A stretch of 10,374 bases of DNA from Fidelibacterota bacterium (GTDB lineage Bacteria > Fidelibacterota > Marinisomatia > Marinisomatales > S15-B10): assembly GCA_002729175.1 (NCBI GenBank), contig PBTS01000019.1:23692-34065 (forward strand), read 5' to 3'. Under the pieces are notes generated by a model that was given only the letters and a program-made list of their open reading frames with translations, made no database searches and was not told where the DNA came from. A program made the position numbers and the translations under genes. This document shows positions 1 through 7,851 of this stretch, piece after piece. Within the stretch, counting starts at the first letter, position 1, and every line of letters begins with the position of its first letter.

Positions 1-371
1 TCTCTTAAACCAAGCTCATCTCTTGAAACTTGATTCCACCTCCCTCCGCCATCCATGGAGTAATCCAGACCACGCGAAGTAGATGCCCAAAGTATATTTG
101 TGTGAAAATCGTAGTAGACCGCTGTGACGGTAAAGTCAGATAGCCCCTGAGAAGTGGTGATGGGATAATCCCAATATCTGCCGAAAGTCTGGTATCTTAA
201 TATGCCACCGGAAGATGCAAAATAAATATGCTCCGGTCCATCAGAGATCGAGGTTATATCCTGGCTGAAACGGTAGGTAACCCAATCCCAGGGATCATAT
301 TTAATATCAACCTGGGCTTGAAGAAAAGTTAAACAGGCGAGCCACAGACCCCAAAAATGGACGCCTCTCAT
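1..371 (-). CDS. Secreted beta-propeller / sensor-propeller-like protein, N-terminal part (runs off the left edge)
   Basis: Not in the ORF track. Manual translation from ATG at 371 is open to position 1: MRGVHFWGLWLACLTFLQAQVDIKYDPWDWVTYRFSQDITSISDGPEHIYFASSGGILRYQTFGRYWDYPITTSQGLSDFTVTAVYYDFHTNILWASTSRGLDYSMDGGGRWNQVSRDELGLR... It has a hydrophobic N-terminus ending LQA-Q (signal-peptide-like), a propeller blade motif GLSDFTVTAVYYD...LWASTSRGL, and an Asp-box YSMDGGGRW. It starts 10 bp after the upstream stop. Confidence 0.8.
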   Translation of the reverse strand, partial: MRGVHFWGLWLACLTFLQAQVDIKYDPWDWVTYRFSQDITSISDGPEHIYFASSGGILRYQTFGRYWDYPITTSQGLSDFTVTAVYYDFHTNILWASTSRGLDYSMDGGGRWNQVSRDELGLR

Positions 372-381
372 GGACGTGTTG

Positions 382-1365
382 TCAGGCCTCGTGGCCGGCA
401 ATGATTTCGTATAGTTTCTCCAGAGTGATGGGTACCACACCCACCTCTTCACAAACTCTACCCGCAGCAAAGTTGGCAATTTCTGCCGCTTCTGTCGGTG
501 TGGCACCACTGAGGTGAGACAATGAGAATGTGGAGATGACGGTATCACCGGCGCCTGAAACATCGTGGACAGCACGAGCCCTTGTGGGAATGAGGTGGTG
601 CCCGCTGTTATCAAAGAGAGACATACCTTCTGCTCCTCGGGTAATTAATAGCATCTCGCACGCCAACCGATTACGGAGGCTCACACCAATCTCATCCATA
701 TTATCATCATTCAATTCGGTACCGGCAGCTTGAGCTACTTCCGATGCGTTCGGTTTTATAAGCTTAACACCTTCGAAAGCAAAGAAATCTCTCGCTTTGG
801 GATCCACGTAGACCGGTACCTCCGATTCCTTGCACAGTTTCATTATATCGGCGATGATCTTCCCGTTCATGAGCCCCTTATCATAGTTCTCAATTATGAC
901 ACCGTTGAAAGAGGAAATTTCCCGTTCAATGGTATCCTGAAGTTTGCCACGCAATTCATCTGTGATAACAGTGTCGTCCTCCCAATCTGTGCGAACCACC
1001 TGTTGATTATGCGCAATAATGCGTGTTTTTACTGTAGTTGGTCTGGATGGATCAGTCAGAATCATGGAGATATCGGCGCCTGATTCTCTCAGGAGTGATT
1101 TGAGCTGAGTTCCTTCCTTGTCATCACCAACCACAGCCAGGAGAGCTGCTGAGGACCCCAGTGCACGAAGGTTCGCCACTACGTTCCCGGCGCCGCCGGG
1201 GTTGGAGCTTGAAGATCTGACGTTTACCACCGGTACAGGTGCTTCAGGTGAAATACGCTCAGCGTCGCCCCAGAGATAACTATCCAGCATTGCATCACCT
1301 ATAACAAGAATGTTCAATTCCTCAAAGCGGATCGCAAGTTCTTTAAATTTCTCAGGTGAGATCAT
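382..1365 (-). CDS. rfaE1: D-glycero-beta-D-manno-heptose-7-phosphate kinase (stand-alone RfaE domain I / HldA, PfkB family)
   Basis: Motifs VIGDAMLDSYLWG, RISPEAPVPV, GGAGNV, RPTTVKTR, QQVVRTD, VDPK, IKPN, ITRGAEGM and the PfkB signature DVSGAGDT. At 327 aa it has no fused adenylyltransferase domain. Confidence 0.93.
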   Translation of the reverse strand: MISPEKFKELAIRFEELNILVIGDAMLDSYLWGDAERISPEAPVPVVNVRSSSSNPGGAGNVVANLRALGSSAALLAVVGDDKEGTQLKSLLRESGADISMILTDPSRPTTVKTRIIAHNQQVVRTDWEDDTVITDELRGKLQDTIEREISSFNGVIIENYDKGLMNGKIIADIMKLCKESEVPVYVDPKARDFFAFEGVKLIKPNASEVAQAAGTELNDDNMDEIGVSLRNRLACEMLLITRGAEGMSLFDNSGHHLIPTRARAVHDVSGAGDTVISTFSLSHLSGATPTEAAEIANFAAGRVCEEVGVVPITLEKLYEIIAGHEA

Positions 1366-2900
1366 ATCTCCAGCAGGCTCTTGCCTGTCATTTCAGAAGG
1401 TACCGTCAAACGGACCGCATCAAGAATTGTGGGCGCCACATCTGACAGACTACCTTTTGAACGAAGGTGCATATCACTTGCGCCATTTACAAAAACAAAC
1501 GGAACCGGGTTCAGTGTGTGGGCAGTATGCTCTCGCCCTGTTTCTTCATTTACCATTACCTCGCAATTTCCATGATCGGCGGTGACAAAAGCTACCATTC
1601 TCTTTCGAGTCACCATGTCCAGCACATTTCCCAAAACCTCATCCACTACCTCGGCAGCGCGGATGGTGGCATTGAGATCACCGGTGTGTCCCACCATATC
1701 TGTGTTGGCAAGATTCATTACGATGGCATCACAGCTCTCATCATCTATGGCTTTCACCACAACATCCCGGATACCGTAGGCACTCATCTCTGGCTGGAGG
1801 TTGTATGTCGCCACTTTTGGCGAGGGGATAAGTACCCTCTCTTCCGCATCGTAAGGATCTTCGTCACCGCCGTTCAGAAAGTAAGTGACGTGGGCATACT
1901 TCTCCGTCTCCGCAACTCTCAACTGTCTGAGATCTGCTTGTGCCAGAACCTGGCCAAATTTCATCTCGATTCGTTGCGAACCAAAAATCACGGGGAAATC
2001 AAAATTATCGTCGTAGACAGTCATGGAGGTAAGCCGGACAGGGCTTTGCAATCTAGAGAACTGTGAAAAATCCCCGCTTCCGAGAGCCGAGCATATCTGC
2101 CGCATCCGGTCGGCCCGGAAATTAAAACATAGGACAGCGTCATCCGGTGTGATGGTATGCAATTCATCGTCGTTATCTGAAATAGAAATAGGCTCAATAA
2201 ATTCATCGGTCACTCCGGCTGAGTACGATTTTTCAATGGCCTCACCTGCCGAATCGGCTTTCTTCCCTTCGCCTGACACAAACATCCGGTATGCCCGTTC
2301 AGTTCGTTCCCAGCGGCTGTCCCTGTCCATTGCGTGATACCTACCTATCACAGTAGCGATCTGTCCAGTACCAACCTCCGACAGCACCCTCTCGATTTGT
2401 CTTACATAATCGACACCTCCGTAGGGCGATGTATCCCTGCCATCCGTGATGGCATGAAGAAAAATGTGTTTCAGACCAGCATCTTTTGCACATTTCACCA
2501 ATGGAGGAATGTGACTGAGATGACTGTGGACACCACCGTCAGAAACAAGGCCAAGAAGGTGCAAGGAAGATCCCTTACCTTTCACATAGGCGAGGATATT
2601 CTTAATCTCATCCTTATCCATAAATGTATTATCAGAAATAGACTCATTAATCCGTACCAGATCGTGCCTCAGGACGCGGCCAGCACCGATGGTCATGTGT
2701 CCTACTTCCGAGTTACCGATGACACCACCAGGCAAGCCTACTGCTTGCTGCGAAGCATCCAGCATGGACCAGGGACACTCTTTGAACAGCCGATTAAATG
2801 TAGGTGTGCGGGCCAATCTGAAGGCGTTGTTCTCTTGGGCATCCCGGAGTCCCAGGCCATCCAGGATAATGAGAATAAATTTGTCCGGACGATCAAGCAC
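1362..2900 (-). CDS. gpmI: 2,3-bisphosphoglycerate-independent phosphoglycerate mutase
   Basis: Motifs LIILDG, GNSEVGH (phospho-Ser), DGGVHSH, TDGRD, AMDRD, FNFRADR, AETEKYAHVT, DMVGHTG, TADHGN, HTAHT. Length 512 aa. GTG start overlaps the upstream gene by 8 nt. Confidence 0.97.
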   Translation of the reverse strand: MLDRPDKFILIILDGLGLRDAQENNAFRLARTPTFNRLFKECPWSMLDASQQAVGLPGGVIGNSEVGHMTIGAGRVLRHDLVRINESISDNTFMDKDEIKNILAYVKGKGSSLHLLGLVSDGGVHSHLSHIPPLVKCAKDAGLKHIFLHAITDGRDTSPYGGVDYVRQIERVLSEVGTGQIATVIGRYHAMDRDSRWERTERAYRMFVSGEGKKADSAGEAIEKSYSAGVTDEFIEPISISDNDDELHTITPDDAVLCFNFRADRMRQICSALGSGDFSQFSRLQSPVRLTSMTVYDDNFDFPVIFGSQRIEMKFGQVLAQADLRQLRVAETEKYAHVTYFLNGGDEDPYDAEERVLIPSPKVATYNLQPEMSAYGIRDVVVKAIDDESCDAIVMNLANTDMVGHTGDLNATIRAAEVVDEVLGNVLDMVTRKRMVAFVTADHGNCEVMVNEETGREHTAHTLNPVPFVFVNGASDMHLRSKGSLSDVAPTILDAVRLTVPSEMTGKSLLEI

Positions 2901-3849
2901 AGGCTACGGCCTCCGTCAATTTTCCCAAATGAGCCGCCACGGAGTCAGAGAGCCCTTTCAAATCATAGCCTCCTTCAAGGAGTGAGAGCAGTCTGCCGTC
3001 GCACAATTCAATGGCGAGGGTAGTCATCACTGCTGTCATCTCTGTAAAGCATTCTGTGGAAACATTCATATTGGCAATAGGATCCCGAACGTGCGCATCA
3101 AATCCCGCAGATAAAATTATGAAGTCAGGTTTGAACGTCGCAACAATATCAGGCAGAGCGTTGTAAAATATATCCCGGTAGACCTCATCTCCCCCGCCGG
3201 CACTGAGAGGAAAATTTGTGGTGGCTCCCAAGCCGTCACCTTTCCCTGTCTCATTTTTTGCCCCGGTCCCCGGATAAAAAGGGTGTTGATGGAGACTGAT
3301 GTAATGAACCGTGGGATCAGACTCAAAAATGTGTTGCGTGCCGTTGCCGTGGTGCACGTCCCAATCGAGGATCAAGATACGATCGGCACCGTGGGCTTTC
3401 TGTGCCATTTTCGCCGCCACAGCAGCATTGTTGAACAGGCAAAATCCCTTGGCAGTATCAGCTTCAGCATGGTGTCCGGGAGGGCGCACTGCGCAGAAAG
3501 CATTTGATATTTCTCTCCTGTATATCATTTCTACAGCCCGGACGACTCCGCCAGCAGCCTGAAGAGCCACTGAATAAGACGACTGAGAGACAATGGTGTC
3601 TCCACCATCAAGGACTGTTACACCATTCTCGCATCTCGATTTTATGCTATCGATATAATCTCTGGAATGCACAAGTTCCAATTCCTGCCGCTGGGCCGGG
3701 CGCGGTTCGATAAACATGAGATGTTCCATAACTTCAGATTTCTTCAAACGGAAGGTAATAGACTTCAATCTCTCAGGTGATTCCGGATGGGACAAGCCGG
3801 TATCGTGATCCAGAAAAATCGGACTGGTGATGAAGCCCGTAGGTGTCAA
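2893..3849 (-). CDS. Zn-dependent histone deacetylase family protein (class II-like bacterial deacetylase)
   Basis: Motifs HPESPERL, VRPPGHHA, GFCLFNN, ILDWDVHHGNGTQ, SLHQHPFYPGTG, SAGFDAH, LEGGY. All recognisable catalytic and Zn-binding residues are present. The TTG start overlaps the upstream TGA (TTGA). Confidence 0.95.
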   Translation of the reverse strand: MTPTGFITSPIFLDHDTGLSHPESPERLKSITFRLKKSEVMEHLMFIEPRPAQRQELELVHSRDYIDSIKSRCENGVTVLDGGDTIVSQSSYSVALQAAGGVVRAVEMIYRREISNAFCAVRPPGHHAEADTAKGFCLFNNAAVAAKMAQKAHGADRILILDWDVHHGNGTQHIFESDPTVHYISLHQHPFYPGTGAKNETGKGDGLGATTNFPLSAGGGDEVYRDIFYNALPDIVATFKPDFIILSAGFDAHVRDPIANMNVSTECFTEMTAVMTTLAIELCDGRLLSLLEGGYDLKGLSDSVAAHLGKLTEAVACA

Positions 3850-4538
3850 CGTCTTGAGGAACGCTGTTCCGGCTTTTTGAAAGACCTTACCTTTGCAAGG
3901 TGCCCGTTGTCTAGTGACAACAACACGCTCACCGCGCCGCTGATATCCTTTATGCGACTGCTGGAAAGAATTATAGTTACGCCTCTGGCACGAGCAGTGT
4001 GGCTCAATTTTTTATTGAACTCTCTCAACGTACTATCATCAAAGTTGATACCGTAGTCGTCTATAATCAGCACTTTTGGATCAGATTCAATTGCTGTCAC
4101 CAAGTTCAGCCTTCGCAATTGTCCTGCCGAAAGTGAATCAATGGACGCCTCCCATTCGTTGGCACTGTTGTTACTGGAGTAATACTGCTTTTTGATCTGC
4201 TTGGAGCGATCCTGAAAACGAGATGTGAAAAACTGATTCACGGTGCCACCCGAAGAAACATCAGCGCCCTTGACATATATAATCTCTTCGGGCAATTTGA
4301 TTTTTCCACGCCAGTTTTTCTTGAAAGGATTGCTCTCATAAAGCAGTTCGCCATCATCAAGATCAAGCTTTCCCCTCAGCATGTTGAGAAAGGTCGATTT
4401 TCCTGATCCTAATGGTCCTGCTATTCCGTAAACAGTACCACGGTGAAATTTGAAGTTCCTGATTTTCAAAGCAGTCTTGTCACCATAACTAATCAAAATA
4501 TTCTTCAGTTCAAAAATCGGTATCTGAATCCTATTCAT
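3846..4538 (-). CDS. ABC-type ATP-binding domain protein with degenerate catalytic motifs
   Basis: Walker A GPLGSGKST, signature-like LSAGQ, Walker B-like PKVLIIDD and C-terminal LDNG. A strong SD (AAGGAG, 4545-4550) lies upstream of the ATG. No permease gene is nearby. Confidence 0.85.
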   Translation of the reverse strand: MNRIQIPIFELKNILISYGDKTALKIRNFKFHRGTVYGIAGPLGSGKSTFLNMLRGKLDLDDGELLYESNPFKKNWRGKIKLPEEIIYVKGADVSSGGTVNQFFTSRFQDRSKQIKKQYYSSNNSANEWEASIDSLSAGQLRRLNLVTAIESDPKVLIIDDYGINFDDSTLREFNKKLSHTARARGVTIILSSSRIKDISGAVSVLLSLDNGHLAKVRSFKKPEQRSSRR

Positions 4539-4544
4539 GTCACA

Positions 4545-4550
4545 CTCCTT
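4545..4550 (-). promoter_or_regulatory. Shine-Dalgarno site of the ABC-like gene
   Basis: Minus strand reads AAAGGAGTGTGAC-ATG, with AAGGAG 6 nt before the start codon. Confidence 0.75.
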
Positions 4551-4613
4551 TCATTAAAGCACACGGTTGTTCCGGTGTTCGGAAAAAGAAGGTCAATCTG
4601 TTCCGGTAGGATG

Positions 4614-5540
4614 TTAATGCTGAGATTCGAGGAATCTCTCAGCATCAATAGCGGCCATGCATCCAGTTCCGGCAGCTGTAATGGCTTGCCGGTAAATATG
4701 ATCCTGTACATCACCCGCTGCAAAAACACCGTCGGTGGAGGTATTTGAAGAACCGTTCCTAGTTATTAAATAACCTTTATCATCGGTCTCCAACTGATCT
4801 TCAAAAAGAGAAGTATTGGGAGAGTGACCGATAGCGAGAAAAACGCCATCGCAGACAAAATCCCTATTCTCCCCGTTTATGGTATCCTTAAGTGTTACAC
4901 CGCTTACTCCATCTTCCACATTTCCATGAATCTCTTCAACAACGGCATTCCAAACAAATTCGATCTTTGGATTTTCTGTGGCACGGTCTCGCATAATCTT
5001 GGATGCTCTCAGTTCATCACGCCTGTGGATTACAGACACTTTACTGACAAATTTTGTCAGGAAAAGTGCCTCTTCCATGGCGGAGTCACCGCCGCCCACA
5101 ACTACAGCATGTTTTTCCTTAAAGAAAAAACCGTCACAAGTTGCACAAGCTGATACACCGTGCCCCATAAGCCTCGATTCAGAATCGATGCCAAGGAGCC
5201 GGGCGGATGCACCGGTAGAAATGATGACCGATTCACTTTCAAAAAGATCGTCTCCTACCCATACCTTAAAAGGCTTACCTGAAAAATCGACTTTCGTCAC
5301 TTCTTTGAAGTGGCATTGAGCGCCAAATCGGCAAGCCTGGTTTCGGAACAGATCCATCAATTCCGGCCCCATCACACCATCAGGAAAACCGGGATAGTTT
5401 TCCACGTCAGTTGTAATGGTTAATTGTCCACCGGGTTGACTGCCTTCAAAAACGACCGGCTTCAGATTTGCCCGAGCACAGTAAATGGCAGCCGTCAAAC
5501 CGGCGGGACCAGAACCAATGATAATAACCTTATGAGTCAC
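4614..5540 (-). CDS. trxB: Thioredoxin-disulfide reductase
   Basis: FAD motif [24 protein letters not shown], redox-active CATC, NADPH motif VGGGDSA and [28 protein letters not shown] start overlaps the trxA stop by 1 nt. Confidence 0.97.
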   Translation of the reverse strand: MTHKVIIIGSGPAGLTAAIYCARANLKPVVFEGSQPGGQLTITTDVENYPGFPDGVMGPELMDLFRNQACRFGAQCHFKEVTKVDFSGKPFKVWVGDDLFESESVIISTGASARLLGIDSESRLMGHGVSACATCDGFFFKEKHAVVVGGGDSAMEEALFLTKFVSKVSVIHRRDELRASKIMRDRATENPKIEFVWNAVVEEIHGNVEDGVSGVTLKDTINGENRDFVCDGVFLAIGHSPNTSLFEDQLETDDKGYLITRNGSSNTSTDGVFAAGDVQDHIYRQAITAAGTGCMAAIDAERFLESQH

Positions 5541-5872
5541 TAATTCGCCAGAACTCTATCCAGTACTTCAGTAATGTTATTCTTTGGCACGGCACCTACA
5601 ATCTGATCTGATACCGCACCATCCTTAAAAATCAGAAGGCTGGGAATACTCCTGATACCGTACTGAGGTGGAATAACCGGATTGTTGTCAACATTCATCT
5701 TACCGACTTTAATACGACCTGCATATTCACTGGCTATTTCTTGAACTATAGGCCCGATCATTTTACAGGGTCCACACCACTCGGCCCAAAAATCAACCAA
5801 TACAGGAGTATCCGCTGTTAACACATCAGATTCAAAACCATTATCAGTAAACTCAATAACATTCTCAGCCAT
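5540..5872 (-). CDS. trxA: Thioredoxin
   Basis: [14 protein letters not shown] and YGIRSIP motifs. Start placed at ATG 5872 (MAENV..., 110 aa) because GGAGG lies 5 nt upstream. The ORF-track start at 5884 overlaps that SD. Confidence 0.97.
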   Translation of the reverse strand: MAENVIEFTDNGFESDVLTADTPVLVDFWAEWCGPCKMIGPIVQEIASEYAGRIKVGKMNVDNNPVIPPQYGIRSIPSLLIFKDGAVSDQIVGAVPKNNITEVLDRVLAN

Positions 5873-5914
5873 TATGCCCTCCAATTTCTAAGTTAATCAG
5901 ATTTTCAATAGTTG

Positions 5915-5942
5915 AATATACCTTTGACCTCTTAATCGACAA
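5915..5942 (-). promoter_or_regulatory. Putative sigma70-type promoter for trxA-trxB
   Basis: Minus strand TTGTCG (5942-5937), 16 nt spacer, TATATT (5920-5915), in the tyrS-trxA intergenic gap. Confidence 0.5.
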
Positions 5943-5989
5943 AACGAGGATGTAGGTGTTAAACGATAAAGGAAAGTAAGAGTTGAACT

Positions 5990-7204
5990 TCAGGCAGAAA
6001 CACGGAGGAACCTGCGCTTTCCCACCTTAAGTACCACTGGCGATGAAACGTTGATATTTTCAGTAATATCTGAAACCTTTTCCCCGTCAACTGTAACAGC
6101 TCCTTGACCAATAAGGCGACGTGCTTCCCGCTTGGACGGTACCAGCCCGGAGTCGCACATTATTGACAAGATTGTCACTTCCGCGGCTCCAGTACTCCAT
6201 TCTTCCATTTTATCAGGTACATCCGATTCGATAAAAATCCTGTCGAACTCCCCCTCAGCTTCAAGAGCTAATTCATCACTATGATAAAGGGAAACAATTT
6301 CACGGGCAAGTTGCCGCTTGAGATCGCGGGGATTCGTCTTCCCGTCAGACAGTTTTGTCTGAACATCTTTGAGCACAGTCGAATCGACATCTGTGGCAAA
6401 CTCAAAGTAACGAACAATCAGATCGTCCGGGATGGACATGGTTCGACCATATATTTCCGATGGTGGATCTGTTATACCAATATAATTATCATAGGACTTG
6501 GACATTTTCTGAATACCGTCAGTCCCCTCAAGAAGAGGTGTTGTTATGACGACTTGCGGCCCTTGACCATGATCTTTTTGTAAATCACGGCCTACCAAAA
6601 GATTGAACTTCTGATCGGTACCTCCCAGTTCTACATCGGCATTCAGTTCCACGGAATCCATGGCTTGCGCCAAGGGATAAAGAAACTCGTGGATGGAGAT
6701 AGGTGTTTCGCTCTTATACCTTTTTTCAAAATCGTCCCTCTCCAACATCCGTGCCACGGTGTAATGACTTGCCAGTTTGATGACGTCGTGGAAGTTCATG
6801 GCACCAAGCCAATCTCCATTGCGAACAATTTTCAGTGTCTTCAAATCAAGGATATGCTCAGCCTGGTGGACGTAAGTTTCCGCAAATTCATCAACCTGTT
6901 CAGGCGTTAGTTGTGGACGTGTTTTGTTTCGTCCGGAAGGGTCACCGATGAGAGCTGTGAAATCACCAATTACCAGCACGGACTGGTGTCCGATATCCTG
7001 AAAATGTCGAAGCTTACGCAACACAACCGCATGCCCGATGTGAAGGTCAGGACGGCTGGGATCACACCCCAGTTTTATTACAAGAGGGTCTCCGGTTTTC
7101 TCCGCGGTCTCAAACTTTTTCACCAATTCATCTTCAGAAATGATCTCTTCCACTCCCCGGCGGATGAGATCCATCTGTTCATTGATTGGCGGAAATATTG
7201 ACAT
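5990..7204 (-). CDS. tyrS: Tyrosine--tRNA ligase
   Basis: KLGCDPSRPDLHIGH (HIGH motif), IGDPSGR, YPLAQAMDS, GGTDQKFN, KMSKS, and a C-terminal S4 domain (SKREARRLIGQGAVTVDG...KVGKRRF). Confidence 0.97.
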   Translation of the reverse strand: MSIFPPINEQMDLIRRGVEEIISEDELVKKFETAEKTGDPLVIKLGCDPSRPDLHIGHAVVLRKLRHFQDIGHQSVLVIGDFTALIGDPSGRNKTRPQLTPEQVDEFAETYVHQAEHILDLKTLKIVRNGDWLGAMNFHDVIKLASHYTVARMLERDDFEKRYKSETPISIHEFLYPLAQAMDSVELNADVELGGTDQKFNLLVGRDLQKDHGQGPQVVITTPLLEGTDGIQKMSKSYDNYIGITDPPSEIYGRTMSIPDDLIVRYFEFATDVDSTVLKDVQTKLSDGKTNPRDLKRQLAREIVSLYHSDELALEAEGEFDRIFIESDVPDKMEEWSTGAAEVTILSIMCDSGLVPSKREARRLIGQGAVTVDGEKVSDITENINVSSPVVLKVGKRRFLRVSA

Positions 7205-7668
7205 CAGCTTCTTTTTCTCTCTTTCAGTTCACGATCCAGATCTCTGGCACGGTCGCGTTCGGCGATGGCTCTTTTCTTTTGATAAGTCTTTTTACTTTTT
7301 GCCAGCCCGATCTCAGTCTTAGCCCACCCATTCTTAAAATATATTCTCAGTGGAACGATTGTCATACCTTTTACATTCACCTGCCGAGCCAGCTTTCTGA
7401 TTTCCTGTTTATGGAGCAACAGACGTCGGTCCCTGTATGGCTCATGACCCAAATAGCCTGTGTGTGAATAGGGTCCAATGTGCATTCCCACAAGATAAAC
7501 TTCACTCCCCCGAATTAGGGCATAACTATCCCGAAGGTTTGCTTTCCCTTCACGAAGACTCTTTACCTCCGAACCGACCAGCTCCATACCTGCCTCAAAC
7601 TTCTCAAGTATTTCATAGTTGTGAAATGCCTTCTTGTTTTTAGTGACGGCTGTGAATTCATCTGGCAT
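7204..7668 (-). CDS. smpB: SsrA-binding protein SmpB
   Basis: Motifs NKKAFHNY, FEAGMELVGSEVKSLR, RLLLHKQEI, GMTIVPL, KKTYQKKR. ATG at 7668 is preferred over TTG at 7680. The stop overlaps the tyrS start (TGATG). Confidence 0.97.
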   Translation of the reverse strand: MPDEFTAVTKNKKAFHNYEILEKFEAGMELVGSEVKSLREGKANLRDSYALIRGSEVYLVGMHIGPYSHTGYLGHEPYRDRRLLLHKQEIRKLARQVNVKGMTIVPLRIYFKNGWAKTEIGLAKSKKTYQKKRAIAERDRARDLDRELKERKRS

Positions 7669-7683
7669 GCTGTGTGGCAAACA

Positions 7684-7713
7684 AATTTAGATTTCTCTCC
7701 CAGCAGAGTACAA
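7684..7713 (-). promoter_or_regulatory. Putative sigma70-type promoter for smpB-tyrS
   Basis: Minus strand TTGTAC (7713-7708), 18 nt spacer, TAAATT (7689-7684). Confidence 0.45.
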
Positions 7714-7722
7714 GGTTTATCC

Positions 7723-7759
7723 TTGAACGGTGAGGAGCAACAACCTAATTTCGTGGCGC
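7723..7759 (+). promoter_or_regulatory. Putative tRNA promoter with GC-rich discriminator
   Basis: TTGAAC (7723-7728), 17 nt spacer, TAATTT (7746-7751), followed by CGTGGCGC. The -10 element ends 16 nt upstream of the mature tRNA 5' end. Confidence 0.55.
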
Positions 7760-7767
7760 TTTTTGAA

Positions 7768-7851
7768 GCCCGGATGGCGGAACTGGTAGACGCGCATGGT
7801 TCAGGACCATGTTCTCGCAAGAGAGTGCAGGTTCAATTCCTGTTCCGGGCA
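7768..7851 (+). tRNA. tRNA-Leu (anticodon CAG), class II, CCA not encoded
   Basis: Acceptor stem GCCCGGA/TCCGGGC with discriminator A. D region GGCGGAACTGGTAGACGC. Anticodon arm CATGG-TTCAGGA-CCATG. Long variable arm TCTC-GCAA-GAGA. T arm GCAGG-TTCAATT-CCTGT. The next bases are CTT, not CCA. Confidence 0.97.

Noticed and set aside
2334..3023. 229-aa plus-strand ORF, and the other plus-strand ORFs between 530 and 7643
   Set aside because: They are antisense shadows of well-supported minus-strand genes and have no recognisable motifs.
4535..4729. 64-aa minus-strand ORF bridging trxB and the ABC gene
   Set aside because: It is mostly an alternative frame of the trxB 3' end. The ABC gene has its own strong SD, so coupling is not needed.
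7795..7811. TCA in the tRNA anticodon loop suggesting tRNA-Sec or an opal suppressor
   Set aside because: The 5-bp stem CATGG/CCATG fixes a 7-nt loop TTCAGGA whose central triplet is CAG. The 7-bp acceptor stem and discriminator A fit tRNA-Leu.
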